The notes beneath the pieces were generated by a model that did no database searches, was not told where the DNA came from, and worked only from the letters and a program-made list of their open reading frames with translations. Shown piece after piece: positions 21,576 to 31,339 of a stretch of 32,000 bases of DNA. Both the position numbers and the translations under genes were made by a program. Each line of letters begins with the position of its first letter. Positions within the stretch are counted from its first letter, which is position 1. The stretch comes from Thermofilum adornatum (GTDB lineage: Archaea; Thermoproteota; Thermoprotei; Thermofilales; Thermofilaceae), in NCBI RefSeq assembly GCF_000446015.1, contig NC_022093.1:870001-902000 (forward strand). The letters run 5' to 3'.

Positions 21576-22298
21576 CTACAGGAACTGCAACAACCCTTGT
21601 CTCCTGAGCTCGATTACTGTTACACTTTTAGTTGCAGGTAGAGCAACATTGTAGACAGGAGTACTACCAATATAGTCTCTGTGAACAGTGCTCCTGTGCA
21701 GGTGGCCATGAACAACCACGTCGACGCCCTTCTTCTTTACTAATTCTGCCAGCCCCTCAGAAGACATCTGCCTCCAAAACCTCTCGTCCTCCCCCATCAA
21801 TGTACGGCACCTGGGGGGATAATGCGTAAGCAGTATAGTCAAATCCCCACTCTTCTTATCCAAAAGCTCTCCCAGCCTTTCAAGCCTCCTCCTATACGTC
21901 TCCACTATCCCCGGGACATTACGCTTCTGCCAAGGAGTAGGCTCATCCAAGACGCCAGTCGAGCCTACAACCCTAACCCTCAAGCCGTAAACCTCTACCT
22001 CTACAGCATCGTCCTCAAGCCACATGAAACCGCTACACTCCTCCCTCATCCTTCCCCTAGCCTCCTCGTAGTCCTCGTTTCCAAAAACTCCTACAACTGT
22101 CGCTTCTGGGAGAAACTTCTCACTCAGTTCCGAGACCTGCCTACACATCCTCCACTCGCCCCTAGCCACAACGTCGCCAGCTACAAGTACAAGCTTGGCG
22201 TCAGGCTGTAGCTTAGCTAGAGAGCTCGACAAATAATTCACGTAGAGGGGTGCATGCACATCGCCAAAAGCCACAACCCTGGGAGACCCAGTAGACAC
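21576..22298 (-). CDS. Calcineurin-like metallophosphoesterase
   Basis: Signature series VVAFGDVHAP, LVLVAGDVV, VFGNEDY, LLTHYPP, VVHGHLH (D-x-H / GD / GNH(D/E) / H / GH-x-H). GTG start abuts the upstream stop. Confidence 0.8.
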   Translation of the reverse strand: MSTGSPRVVAFGDVHAPLYVNYLSSSLAKLQPDAKLVLVAGDVVARGEWRMCRQVSELSEKFLPEATVVGVFGNEDYEEARGRMREECSGFMWLEDDAVEVEVYGLRVRVVGSTGVLDEPTPWQKRNVPGIVETYRRRLERLGELLDKKSGDLTILLTHYPPRCRTLMGEDERFWRQMSSEGLAELVKKKGVDVVVHGHLHRSTVHRDYIGSTPVYNVALPATKSVTVIELRRQGLLQFL

Positions 22299-22802
22299 TT
22301 ACCCAACCCTCCTCAAAACGTATAGGGTATCTCCTGAGCTTTCTAAAATCTTTTCTACAAGCAATTCCATGGGAAACTTTAAGGGCTCTCTAAGCAGGCG
22401 CTCCTTCACACCTAAAACCATTGCGCCGCCCAGCTTTAAGACGCGGGCAAGGCCGCTGATCGAGCCGGGAGCCTCGTGGATAACGGTTATACAGGCCAAG
22501 CCGTCCACACATTCGTCGCGGAAGGGAAGCATATTTATGTCACCCATAACAGCGTCACACAGACACCTACGCCTAGACCTGAAAACCTCTAGCATCCCAA
22601 TGCTCAAGTCAAGACAAATGTAGTAAGAGCCCTTCAAGAAGACCGACAGCAAGCCAGTGCCACAGCCAGCGTCAAGCACAGTTTCCTTCCCATAGAGGAA
22701 AGCCGAGGCCGCAAGGTTCTTGCCTGACTGCTCCAGTCCATAAAGCTCGTCATACCTCTCTGCAATAGTGTCGTAGTCGATAGACACATTTTTTATCCTC
22801 AC
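22299..22802 (-). CDS. Class I SAM-dependent methyltransferase
   Basis: Motif I VLDAGCGTGLLSVFL, then an acidic post-I LDLS and a motif IV-like ITVIHE. 167 aa. GTG start (a downstream GTG is possible given the TATA at 22808-22816). Confidence 0.8.
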   Translation of the reverse strand: MRIKNVSIDYDTIAERYDELYGLEQSGKNLAASAFLYGKETVLDAGCGTGLLSVFLKGSYYICLDLSIGMLEVFRSRRRCLCDAVMGDINMLPFRDECVDGLACITVIHEAPGSISGLARVLKLGGAMVLGVKERLLREPLKFPMELLVEKILESSGDTLYVLRRVG

Positions 22803-22910
22803 AAGTGAGAATATATACCTGCCTCAAGATTCGACATCAATGGAAAAATTAGCTAAAAGTCGACGTATTACCCGTTCAAAAACGAATTCTAATTAACAGA
22901 AAAAAACGCA

Positions 22911-22957
22911 GATAAATACCCCGCCACCAACACAAACCCCGACCCCGAAAAGGGGGG
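22911..22957 (+). promoter_or_regulatory. Promoter and strong ribosome-binding site of the S-layer-type gene
   Basis: TATA-like GATAAATA (22911-18) predicts a TSS near 22941. The G-run AGGGGGG (22951-57) lies about 10 nt before ATG 22968. CCCC-GAAAA-GGGG (22943-55) can pair over the SD. Confidence 0.5.
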
Positions 22958-22967
22958 AAACAAACAT

Positions 22968-25900
22968 ATGAGTAGAAAATACCTATTAGGAATAATAGCC
23001 CTAGTAGCAATACTCGCACTGACACTGCAAGCATACGCTGCACCTACGTTCCCAGCCCACAGGGCATGGAACGTGCTACAGTATCCAAATGGTCAGCCAT
23101 TCAAGAACCAAAACGTTATCATTGTCTACTTTAACGAGACAGGCAACTGTCTACTCGCATACGCTGTTGGAACAACAAATTCTGCAGGAAACATAACCCT
23201 AACAATTGCCCAGCCCGGAGGAGTAATAAATACTCCAAACACTGGCACAAGCTACAACATGTCAGTATTCTGGCAAGTCTACGGCAAAACATTCCTAGTA
23301 TACTCAACACGCACCAACGCCCTCAACCTACTCAACTCCACCATTCAGCTTACAAACATGATGAACTTCACCTTCCAGGCTCTAACAACGATTGGCGGTC
23401 AGCAGGTTCCGCTATACTTTGCTGACCCAGAGGTTTCTGGCAGGAAAGACATTGCCTACTTCCAGGTATACTTATACAACAAGAACGGGCCACAACTCCT
23501 GGCAGTAGAAGGAGACAACAATGCTATTTCAAAGGGAAGTGTTGTAGTTCCACTAGTTGAGGTCAACATAAAGCCGACACTTACACCTAACTGTTACCAC
23601 ATTGAAAGCCAAAAGAACGTGGCTCTCTACAAGGAGGTATACTGGCTCCTCGACCAGGGCGGAGGACAAAAACTGAAAATAATGGTAGGCAAAGAGAACG
23701 TAACATTCTCACTTTCTGGAACAACCCTCACTGCAAATGTTAAAGACCTGGCAGATGGCACAACATCTCCACAGACCTTCGACATAGTAAACGACTGGGG
23801 CAAAAAACCACTGAACGACGTTGCACACACCTTCCTAGCACAAGTAGTTGTCACAGACCCATGCGGCAACCCGATCTCCAACTGGGAATACCCACCAATA
23901 GGTATCGAATTCACTTCTCCAACATATGGTAAGCTCAGAGTAGGAAAAGCCTTCCCGAACGGGACAGCTCCAGAAGAAGGATACCAGTTAAGTGGTCACT
24001 ACTACTTCTGGTTACCAAACATATCCCTATTCTACAATGAAAAAATGGGCATCGCTGCCGAAATAGGAGGTATACAGGTATTTGCAGAAGCCTTCAACAC
24101 AACAAAACCACAAAGCGTAACATACAATAAACCATTCACCTTCCAGCCGCTCACAGTATCAACTAGCAATGGAATAGTAACATTAACAATAAAGGCAAGC
24201 ATAGTCAAGACCCAGATCACCATCAAGACCAGTGGACTCGTAGCCGTCCAGCCACTCCAGGGAGCAATTGTCCAGATAAGCCCAAGAGTCTTCGACCCCA
24301 ACACCTATACTGACGCTAACGGACAAGTAGCACTAATGCCATTCCAGATAGTTGGCGGCGGAACAACAACCTCTGGCACGCCAATAATCACAAGGAAGGG
24401 CACATCCCCAGGCTACCTGCCAGTCCCATATGGTTTATGGTCAACAGGCAAACTATACACCTACACTATTAACGTGTTATGGGCACTACCAGGAACAGAA
24501 AACTTCGTAGATGTAACTCCAGACCAGAACACAATACCACTAAACCTAACCAAAGCCATTGTACAGTGCTCAGTACAGTCTTTCAACCTATCCGCAAAGG
24601 TTTACGCTGTCAACTTTAAAGCAGTCGACCTATGCGGCCGCCCACTCACCAGCGCAGACGACCCCAACGCCACATTCATCCTAACCTACAAGTCCACCGA
24701 CGGGACAACCATTAACTTCCCAGCAGGACTCGGACCCAACGGAACAACATTCATGGCCTTCGTCCCAGGAGGAACATTTACTGTAAGCCTCTTCTTCAAA
24801 GGAGTCAGAATGGATCCCGTAAGTGGACCCAACCCACTAGTCGTTAGCGGGAACATCGGAAACATTAGCAAAGCCACCTACACATTCCCTGTCGGCGACC
24901 TCATCTTGAGGATAACCCCATGGGACGTCAAGGAACCCCTCGTTAACGTTTCAGTGCTCCTCGAATACTTTAAAGCCGGCGCTAGAACATACTACGAGGG
25001 ACCAAAGCTCACAGACTGTGAAGGCAAAGTAACCTTTACAAAGGTGCCCTTCGTAGTTGGACCCAACAACCTCGTAACTGTGACCATAAAGACAACTCCA
25101 TACACCCCCTACATACGCCACCCGAAGGACGATGGCCTACTAATTGGTAAATGGAACCTTACAGGCCTACTGAAGGGAATCAGTCCAGGATGCACAGTCG
25201 GGCCAATCGACGTGCCGACCTGGGTCTTCAGCTTCACACTTGAAGCAGTAGACCACAACGGCAACATACTCAAAGAGCTCCCAACAAGCAACGGCGCAGC
25301 ACCAGTAATCGTCGCCATAAACGACACCTACACAAAGAACGAGTACAACGTGACACAGGTATGCCAGGGTGGACCCGGCTGCCTCTGCTGGCCACTCATA
25401 AACGTAAACTACAAGATATTCAACACCACTAAGTCCGGCCCAGCAGGGCCATGGAACAACGGCCTGTCCGAGGCCAGGTTCAAGGTCACCGGTACACAGT
25501 GGGCAAACAGCAACTATCCACACCTATTCATTGCTGGAGCCAACTACAGCTTCGTCGTGTGGTACGGAGGAGTAATGGTCTACAACTACAACTTCACACT
25601 ACCAAGGCCAAGCGAGATGCTCGACTACAGTAAAGTCATAACTGCACAGGTTATACTCTACAACGAGACAAGCGGCAAGATGACCCTACAGAAGACCGAC
25701 AGCCTTGCCTATACATGGCTACTCGCTAGTGGCGGAAGAATCGAGCACCCAATCGTCCGCTTCTACGCGGCACCAGCATACAGCGGCCAATACAGCAACA
25801 AGCTCCAGCTCGTAACCTGGGTAGTCAACCTCGACATCTACACCTTGACGAAGGCAGGCGGAGGACTAGTCCCAGGACTCAACGTCACACTAATCAGGAA

Positions 25901-28112
25901 CGACGCAGTAAACTGGAAGACACAGCTAAAGGGCGACCTCTACGCCAACATCACAGTGCCAACTGAATACACCAAGTCTGCCAGTATGAGCTACGCGTGG
26001 AGCGCAGTTACTGGCCAGGACGGCAAAGCAAGCCTACCAATAGCAATATGGGTGCCCAAGGCAAGCGTCAGGCCTAGCGGCATAAAGTTCGGAGCAAGCA
26101 TCACAAACGTCTACGTGCTTGCAGGCAAGAAGTACGGTACACCAAGCGTCCCAGACACACCATCATACACGACAATTACTGGCATAGGCACGCTATATGG
26201 CTACAACGTCGGGCCATACAACATGACTCTCGACGCAATCTATAACGACGTCAGCCAGAGCCCAGACTGGTACAAGCAGTACGGCGGAAGCTGGGTAGGA
26301 CCATTCCGCGGACCAAAGGCGTGGATCGGAGCCAACTGGAACATGACACTGTGGAGCGGAGCAGCCAAAGTAGTCTACACCACTGCCATGGAGGGCGTAT
26401 GCCTCCAGGTAGTCGGGCCAGACTTCAGAGACAACATGATACCACTTGCAAACCAGCCAGTAACCCTCACAGTATATGGCAGTACAGGTGCCACAGCCAC
26501 CGTGGCCTCTGGCAGCACTGGAAATGACGGCACATTCCCAGTATACCCAGACAAGGGCTCAACCGTAGCCACACCAGTCGGAAGCAAGACAGTCTTCACA
26601 GGCAAACTCGTCTTCCTAGGAATCTCAGGCCTCAGTTATGAAGGCTCAACAACACTTAACCTCGACGCCGCGCTCGGCCTAAAGAACTATGGCTTAGACA
26701 CAGGCAAGGCCTTCGACCCAGATACCCTAGAACAGGAGATATCATTCACACTTGACAACAACATGCCAGGCGGCACATGCGTAACCCTAGAGTGGGATGC
26801 AATAAAGGTAACAGTCTTCGACTGGAGCGGCAAGCCACTAAAGAATATGATGGTCGCAGCTATACTCAGGGAGCCAAGAGCAAAGGCAATACCAAGCGTA
26901 GCAGGCTTCACAGCTGAAAACGGAAGCGTCATACTCTACGTACCACCAAGCGAGGAGAACAAGTACCAGCTCCTCGTCTACTGGCGTGACAGCTACTTGC
27001 TCAGGCTTGCCGGCAAGATTCCGAGAGAAATCGTGATCTTTGACACTGTAACTGACTACGACACGCCAAGAACTTACAAGCCTGGAAGCGGTACAACACT
27101 TGAGACCTTCGTTTACGTAGGCATAGTTATGCTCAAGAATGCCCAGGGACAGGCCCTTTCACCAGACATACTTAACAAGATAACTGTAGAGATACAGTGG
27201 CCAGACCAGGTAGTAACAACCCACAAGCCAGAAAACGACGGTAGAGTACCAATAATACTCAACAAGAACACCGCCAAGTCATGGCCACTCGACGCAAGCG
27301 CAAACAGGAGCCCAGACACAGACCCAAGAGACATAAGCCAGGCACCACTAGGCGCCTACAAGGTAACAGTCAACCTTGCTGGAGTAGGCACACTTGCACA
27401 GCAGACGATTAAGATCGAGAAGGGCAGGTTCGAGACAAGCACACAGATATTCGAAGTAAGGCTCGACATCTTCGATGTCAAACTGACCTTCGTGTCTCCA
27501 TTCGGCACACCTCTCGCCAACGCAAAAGTCACAATAACCAAGCCAGACGGGACCACTGTCTCTGACACTCTCGACGCAAGTGGTAGCATAGTTGTAAAAG
27601 AAGTACCACCAGGCAACCTGCAGTACACTGTAGCGGAATGGAACGGTCTACCAGTCCAGTTCAGCGGTAGCGTTGCACGTGCAGGCGAAATCGGAGTAAC
27701 AGTCACGAAGATAGGCAAACTCACTGTTAAAGTGCTTGGCGCAAGAGGACAAGGCATTGACGGCGCAACCGTTGCAGTCGAAAAGGTCGGCACATTCACT
27801 ACTGACGCTAGCGGCGTTGTAAGCCTCGAGCTCCCAAGCGGAAGCTACGGCGTAACTGCAAGCAAGGGCGGAAGAACTGCCAGCGCTACTGCAACTGTAA
27901 CAGACGGCAAAGAAACCGTGACAGAGCTAAAGCTTGACATCTTCCTGACACTCGCAGGCTGGGAGATGAGTAGCAACGAGTTCCTCGGACTCATACTGCT
28001 CCTCGTCCTACTCGTCCTCGTCCTCTTCATAATTGCACACGAATACGCTGTCTACAGACGCCGCCGCCTCGCAAAAGTCATTGCTCCAGCTGAAGGAACA
28101 CAGGTAAAATAA
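22968..28112 (+). CDS. Giant surface (S-layer-type) glycoprotein, 1714 aa, signal peptide plus C-terminal membrane anchor
   Basis: Signal peptide MSRKYLLGIIALVAILALTLQAYA|AP. About 28 N-x-S/T sequons by my hand count. Recurring beta-sandwich-like modules (x-TD-x-x-G-x-V-x-L). C-terminal TM LGLILLLVLLVLVLFII followed by YRRRR. Confidence 0.8.
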   Translation: MSRKYLLGIIALVAILALTLQAYAAPTFPAHRAWNVLQYPNGQPFKNQNVIIVYFNETGNCLLAYAVGTTNSAGNITLTIAQPGGVINTPNTGTSYNMSVFWQVYGKTFLVYSTRTNALNLLNSTIQLTNMMNFTFQALTTIGGQQVPLYFADPEVSGRKDIAYFQVYLYNKNGPQLLAVEGDNNAISKGSVVVPLVEVNIKPTLTPNCYHIESQKNVALYKEVYWLLDQGGGQKLKIMVGKENVTFSLSGTTLTANVKDLADGTTSPQTFDIVNDWGKKPLNDVAHTFLAQVVVTDPCGNPISNWEYPPIGIEFTSPTYGKLRVGKAFPNGTAPEEGYQLSGHYYFWLPNISLFYNEKMGIAAEIGGIQVFAEAFNTTKPQSVTYNKPFTFQPLTVSTSNGIVTLTIKASIVKTQITIKTSGLVAVQPLQGAIVQISPRVFDPNTYTDANGQVALMPFQIVGGGTTTSGTPIITRKGTSPGYLPVPYGLWSTGKLYTYTINVLWALPGTENFVDVTPDQNTIPLNLTKAIVQCSVQSFNLSAKVYAVNFKAVDLCGRPLTSADDPNATFILTYKSTDGTTINFPAGLGPNGTTFMAFVPGGTFTVSLFFKGVRMDPVSGPNPLVVSGNIGNISKATYTFPVGDLILRITPWDVKEPLVNVSVLLEYFKAGARTYYEGPKLTDCEGKVTFTKVPFVVGPNNLVTVTIKTTPYTPYIRHPKDDGLLIGKWNLTGLLKGISPGCTVGPIDVPTWVFSFTLEAVDHNGNILKELPTSNGAAPVIVAINDTYTKNEYNVTQVCQGGPGCLCWPLINVNYKIFNTTKSGPAGPWNNGLSEARFKVTGTQWANSNYPHLFIAGANYSFVVWYGGVMVYNYNFTLPRPSEMLDYSKVITAQVILYNETSGKMTLQKTDSLAYTWLLASGGRIEHPIVRFYAAPAYSGQYSNKLQLVTWVVNLDIYTLTKAGGGLVPGLNVTLIRNDAVNWKTQLKGDLYANITVPTEYTKSASMSYAWSAVTGQDGKASLPIAIWVPKASVRPSGIKFGASITNVYVLAGKKYGTPSVPDTPSYTTITGIGTLYGYNVGPYNMTLDAIYNDVSQSPDWYKQYGGSWVGPFRGPKAWIGANWNMTLWSGAAKVVYTTAMEGVCLQVVGPDFRDNMIPLANQPVTLTVYGSTGATATVASGSTGNDGTFPVYPDKGSTVATPVGSKTVFTGKLVFLGISGLSYEGSTTLNLDAALGLKNYGLDTGKAFDPDTLEQEISFTLDNNMPGGTCVTLEWDAIKVTVFDWSGKPLKNMMVAAILREPRAKAIPSVAGFTAENGSVILYVPPSEENKYQLLVYWRDSYLLRLAGKIPREIVIFDTVTDYDTPRTYKPGSGTTLETFVYVGIVMLKNAQGQALSPDILNKITVEIQWPDQVVTTHKPENDGRVPIILNKNTAKSWPLDASANRSPDTDPRDISQAPLGAYKVTVNLAGVGTLAQQTIKIEKGRFETSTQIFEVRLDIFDVKLTFVSPFGTPLANAKVTITKPDGTTVSDTLDASGSIVVKEVPPGNLQYTVAEWNGLPVQFSGSVARAGEIGVTVTKIGKLTVKVLGARGQGIDGATVAVEKVGTFTTDASGVVSLELPSGSYGVTASKGGRTASATATVTDGKETVTELKLDIFLTLAGWEMSSNEFLGLILLLVLLVLVLFIIAHEYAVYRRRRLAKVIAPAEGTQVK

Positions 28113-28148
28113 ACAGAGAACATTAAGCCTAAAAGCCAAAAAATAATA

Positions 28149-28163
28149 TTTTTTTCTTTTTTT
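28149..28163 (+). terminator. Oligo-T terminator after the S-layer-type gene
   Basis: TTTTTTTCTTTTTTT (two T7 runs) lies 37 nt after the stop codon. Oligo-T tracts are the known archaeal termination signal. Confidence 0.6.
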
Positions 28164-28223
28164 GTGCTTCTTCTCTTTACACATCTTTATATTTCTCTTT
28201 CTATATTTCCTTTTTGAAGCCAG

Positions 28224-28982
28224 ATGCTGAGTCTAGAATATCTCTTAGGAGTCTTGGGCTTCTATGAAATAAGTCCCGGTATAGTTCCCTCCCTTGGTAT
28301 GTCTTCTGTAACAAGGTTTAGTACTGGTGTTCATAGTTTGGATGATTTGTTGGAGGGTGGTGTCGAGGTTGGTAGTATTACTGAGCTGATTGGTGAGTTT
28401 GGTGCTGGTAAGACTCAGATTTGCCACCAGCTAGCTGTCATGGTCCAGCTACCGAAGGAGAAGGGAGGCCTCAACGCTAGGGCACTATACATAGACACAG
28501 AGGGCACCTTCAGGCCAGAGAGAATAATACAAATAGCAAGAGCAAAACAACTAGACCCAGAAAAGGCACTAGAAAACATAATCTACGCAAGGGCATACAG
28601 CGTGGAAGATGTTTTTAGGGTTCTCGAGAGATCTAAGCTAGAAGCTGTAAAGAGAGATATAGGCCTCATTATCCTTGATGAGGCTACACGTCTCTTCAGG
28701 ACAGAGTTCCTAAGGACAGGAGAAAGGATTTCCGCATACTCGAGGCTTCTCTCATTTCTCGAAGAGTTTTCCAGGTCCAGCATATCGGTTGTCTATACTC
28801 GCCAAGTTGTTTACAGCGATGGGATTATTCCAGCCTCGGCTGTTGTTTTCGACGGTTTTGCACATCTATCGTTGTTCCTGTCTAAGAAGGGCGACGTTTG
28901 GCAATCGAGGGCTCTAAGTAGTCCATGGAGCCGTAGAACTGCATATTACAGGATCTCTGAGGAGGGGGTCGTAGATGTCTGA
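28224..28982 (+). CDS. RadA paralog (RecA-fold ATPase core without the RadA N-terminal HhH domain; RadB/aRadC-like)
   Basis: FSTGVHSLDDLLEGGVEVGSITELIGEFGAGKTQICHQLAV...ALYIDTEGTFRPERI is near-canonical RadA/Rad51 core with a Walker A. Walker B is LIILDEA. The start may be ATG 28299. Confidence 0.85.
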   Translation: MLSLEYLLGVLGFYEISPGIVPSLGMSSVTRFSTGVHSLDDLLEGGVEVGSITELIGEFGAGKTQICHQLAVMVQLPKEKGGLNARALYIDTEGTFRPERIIQIARAKQLDPEKALENIIYARAYSVEDVFRVLERSKLEAVKRDIGLIILDEATRLFRTEFLRTGERISAYSRLLSFLEEFSRSSISVVYTRQVVYSDGIIPASAVVFDGFAHLSLFLSKKGDVWQSRALSSPWSRRTAYYRISEEGVVDV

Positions 28983-29517
28983 CCTTGTAGATTTGCTTCG
29001 CGGGGGGTTTGCTTTAGAAGTTTCTGGCAGGACTGGGACAGGTAGACGAGTATATGTTTTCAGTCTCCTGTCGAAGCTGGTGAAAGAAGGTAGCAATACT
29101 GTATACATGGACTACGCGTCGACCTTTTGGAGGGCCTCCAAGTTATCTCGCAAAGAATCTTTCTTGGACAAAGTTGTTTTTACCATGCCTACAGCGGTTG
29201 ATGATGCTTTTCAACTTTTAGCTGGGAAGCACGACTTCGTTGTTTTGGATAGTATCCCAAGGTTCTTTATGAGGTTTGGGAAAACATATAGGGAAAAGTG
29301 GGGCATAGTTGCCTCGTTGCTCGCTTTGGGTCTCAGGTTTGCGAGAGAGGGGGGAGGCTTAATAGCGATAAATTATGCTTCGAGGGGTCGAAGCTTTGGA
29401 GAAAACATTTTTGCCAGCTATTTTACTCACAGGGTTACACTCGAGGAAGACAGTGAGGGAGTCAGGGCTAAACTAATATATCCGTTCGAGGAGGAGTTAA
29501 CATATGTCCGTTTTTAG
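28975..29517 (+). CDS. Degenerate RecA/RadA-fold paralog with non-canonical P-loop
   Basis: LLRGGFALEVSGRTGTGRRVYVFSLL has the RadB/KaiC-like layout, but Walker A GK[ST] is replaced by GRR. Walker B-like FVVLDS is retained. 8-nt overlap (ATGTCTGA) with the upstream gene. Confidence 0.6.
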   Translation: MSDLVDLLRGGFALEVSGRTGTGRRVYVFSLLSKLVKEGSNTVYMDYASTFWRASKLSRKESFLDKVVFTMPTAVDDAFQLLAGKHDFVVLDSIPRFFMRFGKTYREKWGIVASLLALGLRFAREGGGLIAINYASRGRSFGENIFASYFTHRVTLEEDSEGVRAKLIYPFEEELTYVRF

Positions 29518-31339
29518 CGCCGTCAACGACAAGTCTATGAGCATCCTTGATCTTGCTAAGATCTGGCCTCTTATAAGAGAGTTCGAGGGCACCAGGCTTC
29601 AAAAGGTGTCGGAGCGCGGCAACGTCTTCTATTTCAGGTTCCGCGAGGGTGGAATTGTTTTTTCACCTAGGCGGGGGCTTGTGCCCGCAGAAAGCGACTC
29701 AGTTTTTCCAGTCGAGTTTGGAAAAACCAGGTGGTCTTCTAGGATAGAAGGCAAGAGGCTTGAGAGCGTTGCCCAGATAGCGGGGGACAGGGTTGTATGT
29801 CTAGACTTTGAGAAAGAAAAAGTTGTCCTTGAGTGGGTTCGGGAGGGAAACTTGGTCCTACTCGACGGCGAATCAAAAATCGTATATGCATTGGAGCCCA
29901 AGGAGATGCGTGACAGGACACTGAAGCCAGGTGAAACGTATAGGCCTCCACCTAGGCTTGGAGATATATTTTCTGAAGACATTGAGAAGCTTTACGAGTC
30001 TTTCAGGTCCATGCCTAAACGAGGAGCAATAGTCGCCTTTTCCTTGGTGACCTCGCTACCCCCAGATCTTGTTGCTGAGGCCATGTATAGGGAGGGAATA
30101 AGCCTCGACGCGAAGGCCGGCTCTCTATTATTTAGCCATTTTAGATCAGTAGCTACGAAAGGAATCGAAATTTTTTTAGAGTCCCTAAAGGACCCTTCTA
30201 GGGGTTACCATGCCGGAGGCTGGGTCTATTCGTTTAAACCGACACATGTAACTACAGATTTTGTTGAGGTTGAATTCCAGAAAGCATTTCCAGAAGAATT
30301 ACTAAGGCGCATAATCGCTGATATTACGCCAAGGGAGCAAACAGTTTCATCTGTACTTGAAAAAACATTGGAAGACTATTTGCGAAAAGTGAAACTTTTA
30401 GAAGAGAACATTTCCCAGATAGAGCAGATAATCTATGATTACAGGGCACTGGTGGAGGACAAAAAGCCTTGGAGCCTTATAGAGTCCACGCTGAGAGAAA
30501 AATACCAGTCAATAAAAAAAGTTGACCCATCGAGCCCGCTCATCGTAGTCGAACTCGAAGGTATAGAAATAGAAATAGATCCAAGCAAGAACGCTTATGC
30601 AAACATAGAACTACACTATGACAAGATCAAGTCTATCAGGAAAAGGCTAAGCGAAGCAAAGACAAAAGAGGAACAAGCAAAGCCGAAACAAGTCAAGCAG
30701 AAAATCGCCGCGTCCGGGCCTTGGTACACGCAGTTCCGCTATTTCTGGACTACAAATGGCTTTCTAGTGGTTGCGGGTAAATCGGCTGGACAGAACCAGC
30801 TTCTTGTCCGGAGATACCTGGAAGACAAAGATATTTTTCTACACGCCGATATACATGGGGCAGCTGCCGTCGTAGTAAAGACAGGCGGCAAAGATGTCCC
30901 TGAAAAAGACATATTAGAGGCGGCGCAGTTCGCCGCATGCTACTCGTCTGCTTGGAGGGGGGGACTCTACACGATAGACGTTTACTGGGTTCCAGCCAGC
31001 CAGGTGTCTCTTAAAGCCCCAAGCGGAGAATACCTGGCAAAGGGAAGCTTCATGATTTATGGGAAAAAGAACTATGTTAGGGGCGTTAAACTCGAATTAC
31101 TGATAGGTGTTAGCGAGAAAGGTGAACTGTTGGCTTTGCCTGCTGAACGCAACCCGTCAGATGGTTGTTTCTTAAAGATTACGCCCGGTCCCTATAGAAA
31201 AGACCTAGCAACAAGGAAGATAATAGAATTCCTAAAACGAGAATGTAACTTTAAGGCCAGAGAGGAAGATGTAGTCAAACTGCTACCGGACGGAGGATTC
31301 CACATTGAGAGGTGGAGACCATGGATTCCGAGTACCTAG
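29504..31339 (+). CDS. NFACT-family protein (archaeal Rqc2/NEMF/FbpA homolog; NFACT-N, coiled coil, NFACT-R/DUF814)
   Basis: N-terminal NFACT-N pattern (ILDLAKIWPLIREFEGTRLQKV...GDRVVCLDFE), a central coiled coil, and DUF814 motif GFLVVAGKSAGQNQLLVRRYLEDKDIFLHADIHGAAAVVVK. Confidence 0.85.
   Translation: MSVFSAVNDKSMSILDLAKIWPLIREFEGTRLQKVSERGNVFYFRFREGGIVFSPRRGLVPAESDSVFPVEFGKTRWSSRIEGKRLESVAQIAGDRVVCLDFEKEKVVLEWVREGNLVLLDGESKIVYALEPKEMRDRTLKPGETYRPPPRLGDIFSEDIEKLYESFRSMPKRGAIVAFSLVTSLPPDLVAEAMYREGISLDAKAGSLLFSHFRSVATKGIEIFLESLKDPSRGYHAGGWVYSFKPTHVTTDFVEVEFQKAFPEELLRRIIADITPREQTVSSVLEKTLEDYLRKVKLLEENISQIEQIIYDYRALVEDKKPWSLIESTLREKYQSIKKVDPSSPLIVVELEGIEIEIDPSKNAYANIELHYDKIKSIRKRLSEAKTKEEQAKPKQVKQKIAASGPWYTQFRYFWTTNGFLVVAGKSAGQNQLLVRRYLEDKDIFLHADIHGAAAVVVKTGGKDVPEKDILEAAQFAACYSSAWRGGLYTIDVYWVPASQVSLKAPSGEYLAKGSFMIYGKKNYVRGVKLELLIGVSEKGELLALPAERNPSDGCFLKITPGPYRKDLATRKIIEFLKRECNFKAREEDVVKLLPDGGFHIERWRPWIPST

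Noticed and set aside
22943-22957. CCCC-GAAAA-GGGG hairpin over the S-layer gene Shine-Dalgarno as an RNA thermometer or riboswitch
   Set aside because: A 4-bp stem would not be stable at the growth temperatures implied for this organism. It is noted only as part of the promoter/RBS feature.
23627-28030. Series of minus-strand ORFs (60-147 aa) within 23.6-28.0 kb
   Set aside because: All are antisense to the 1714-aa surface-protein frame. They have biased composition and no start context or motifs.
22968-28112. Tetrabrachion-like S-layer protein with a long coiled-coil stalk
   Set aside because: No extended heptad-repeat region is present. The sequence is dominated by beta-rich, T/V/G/N-rich modules.
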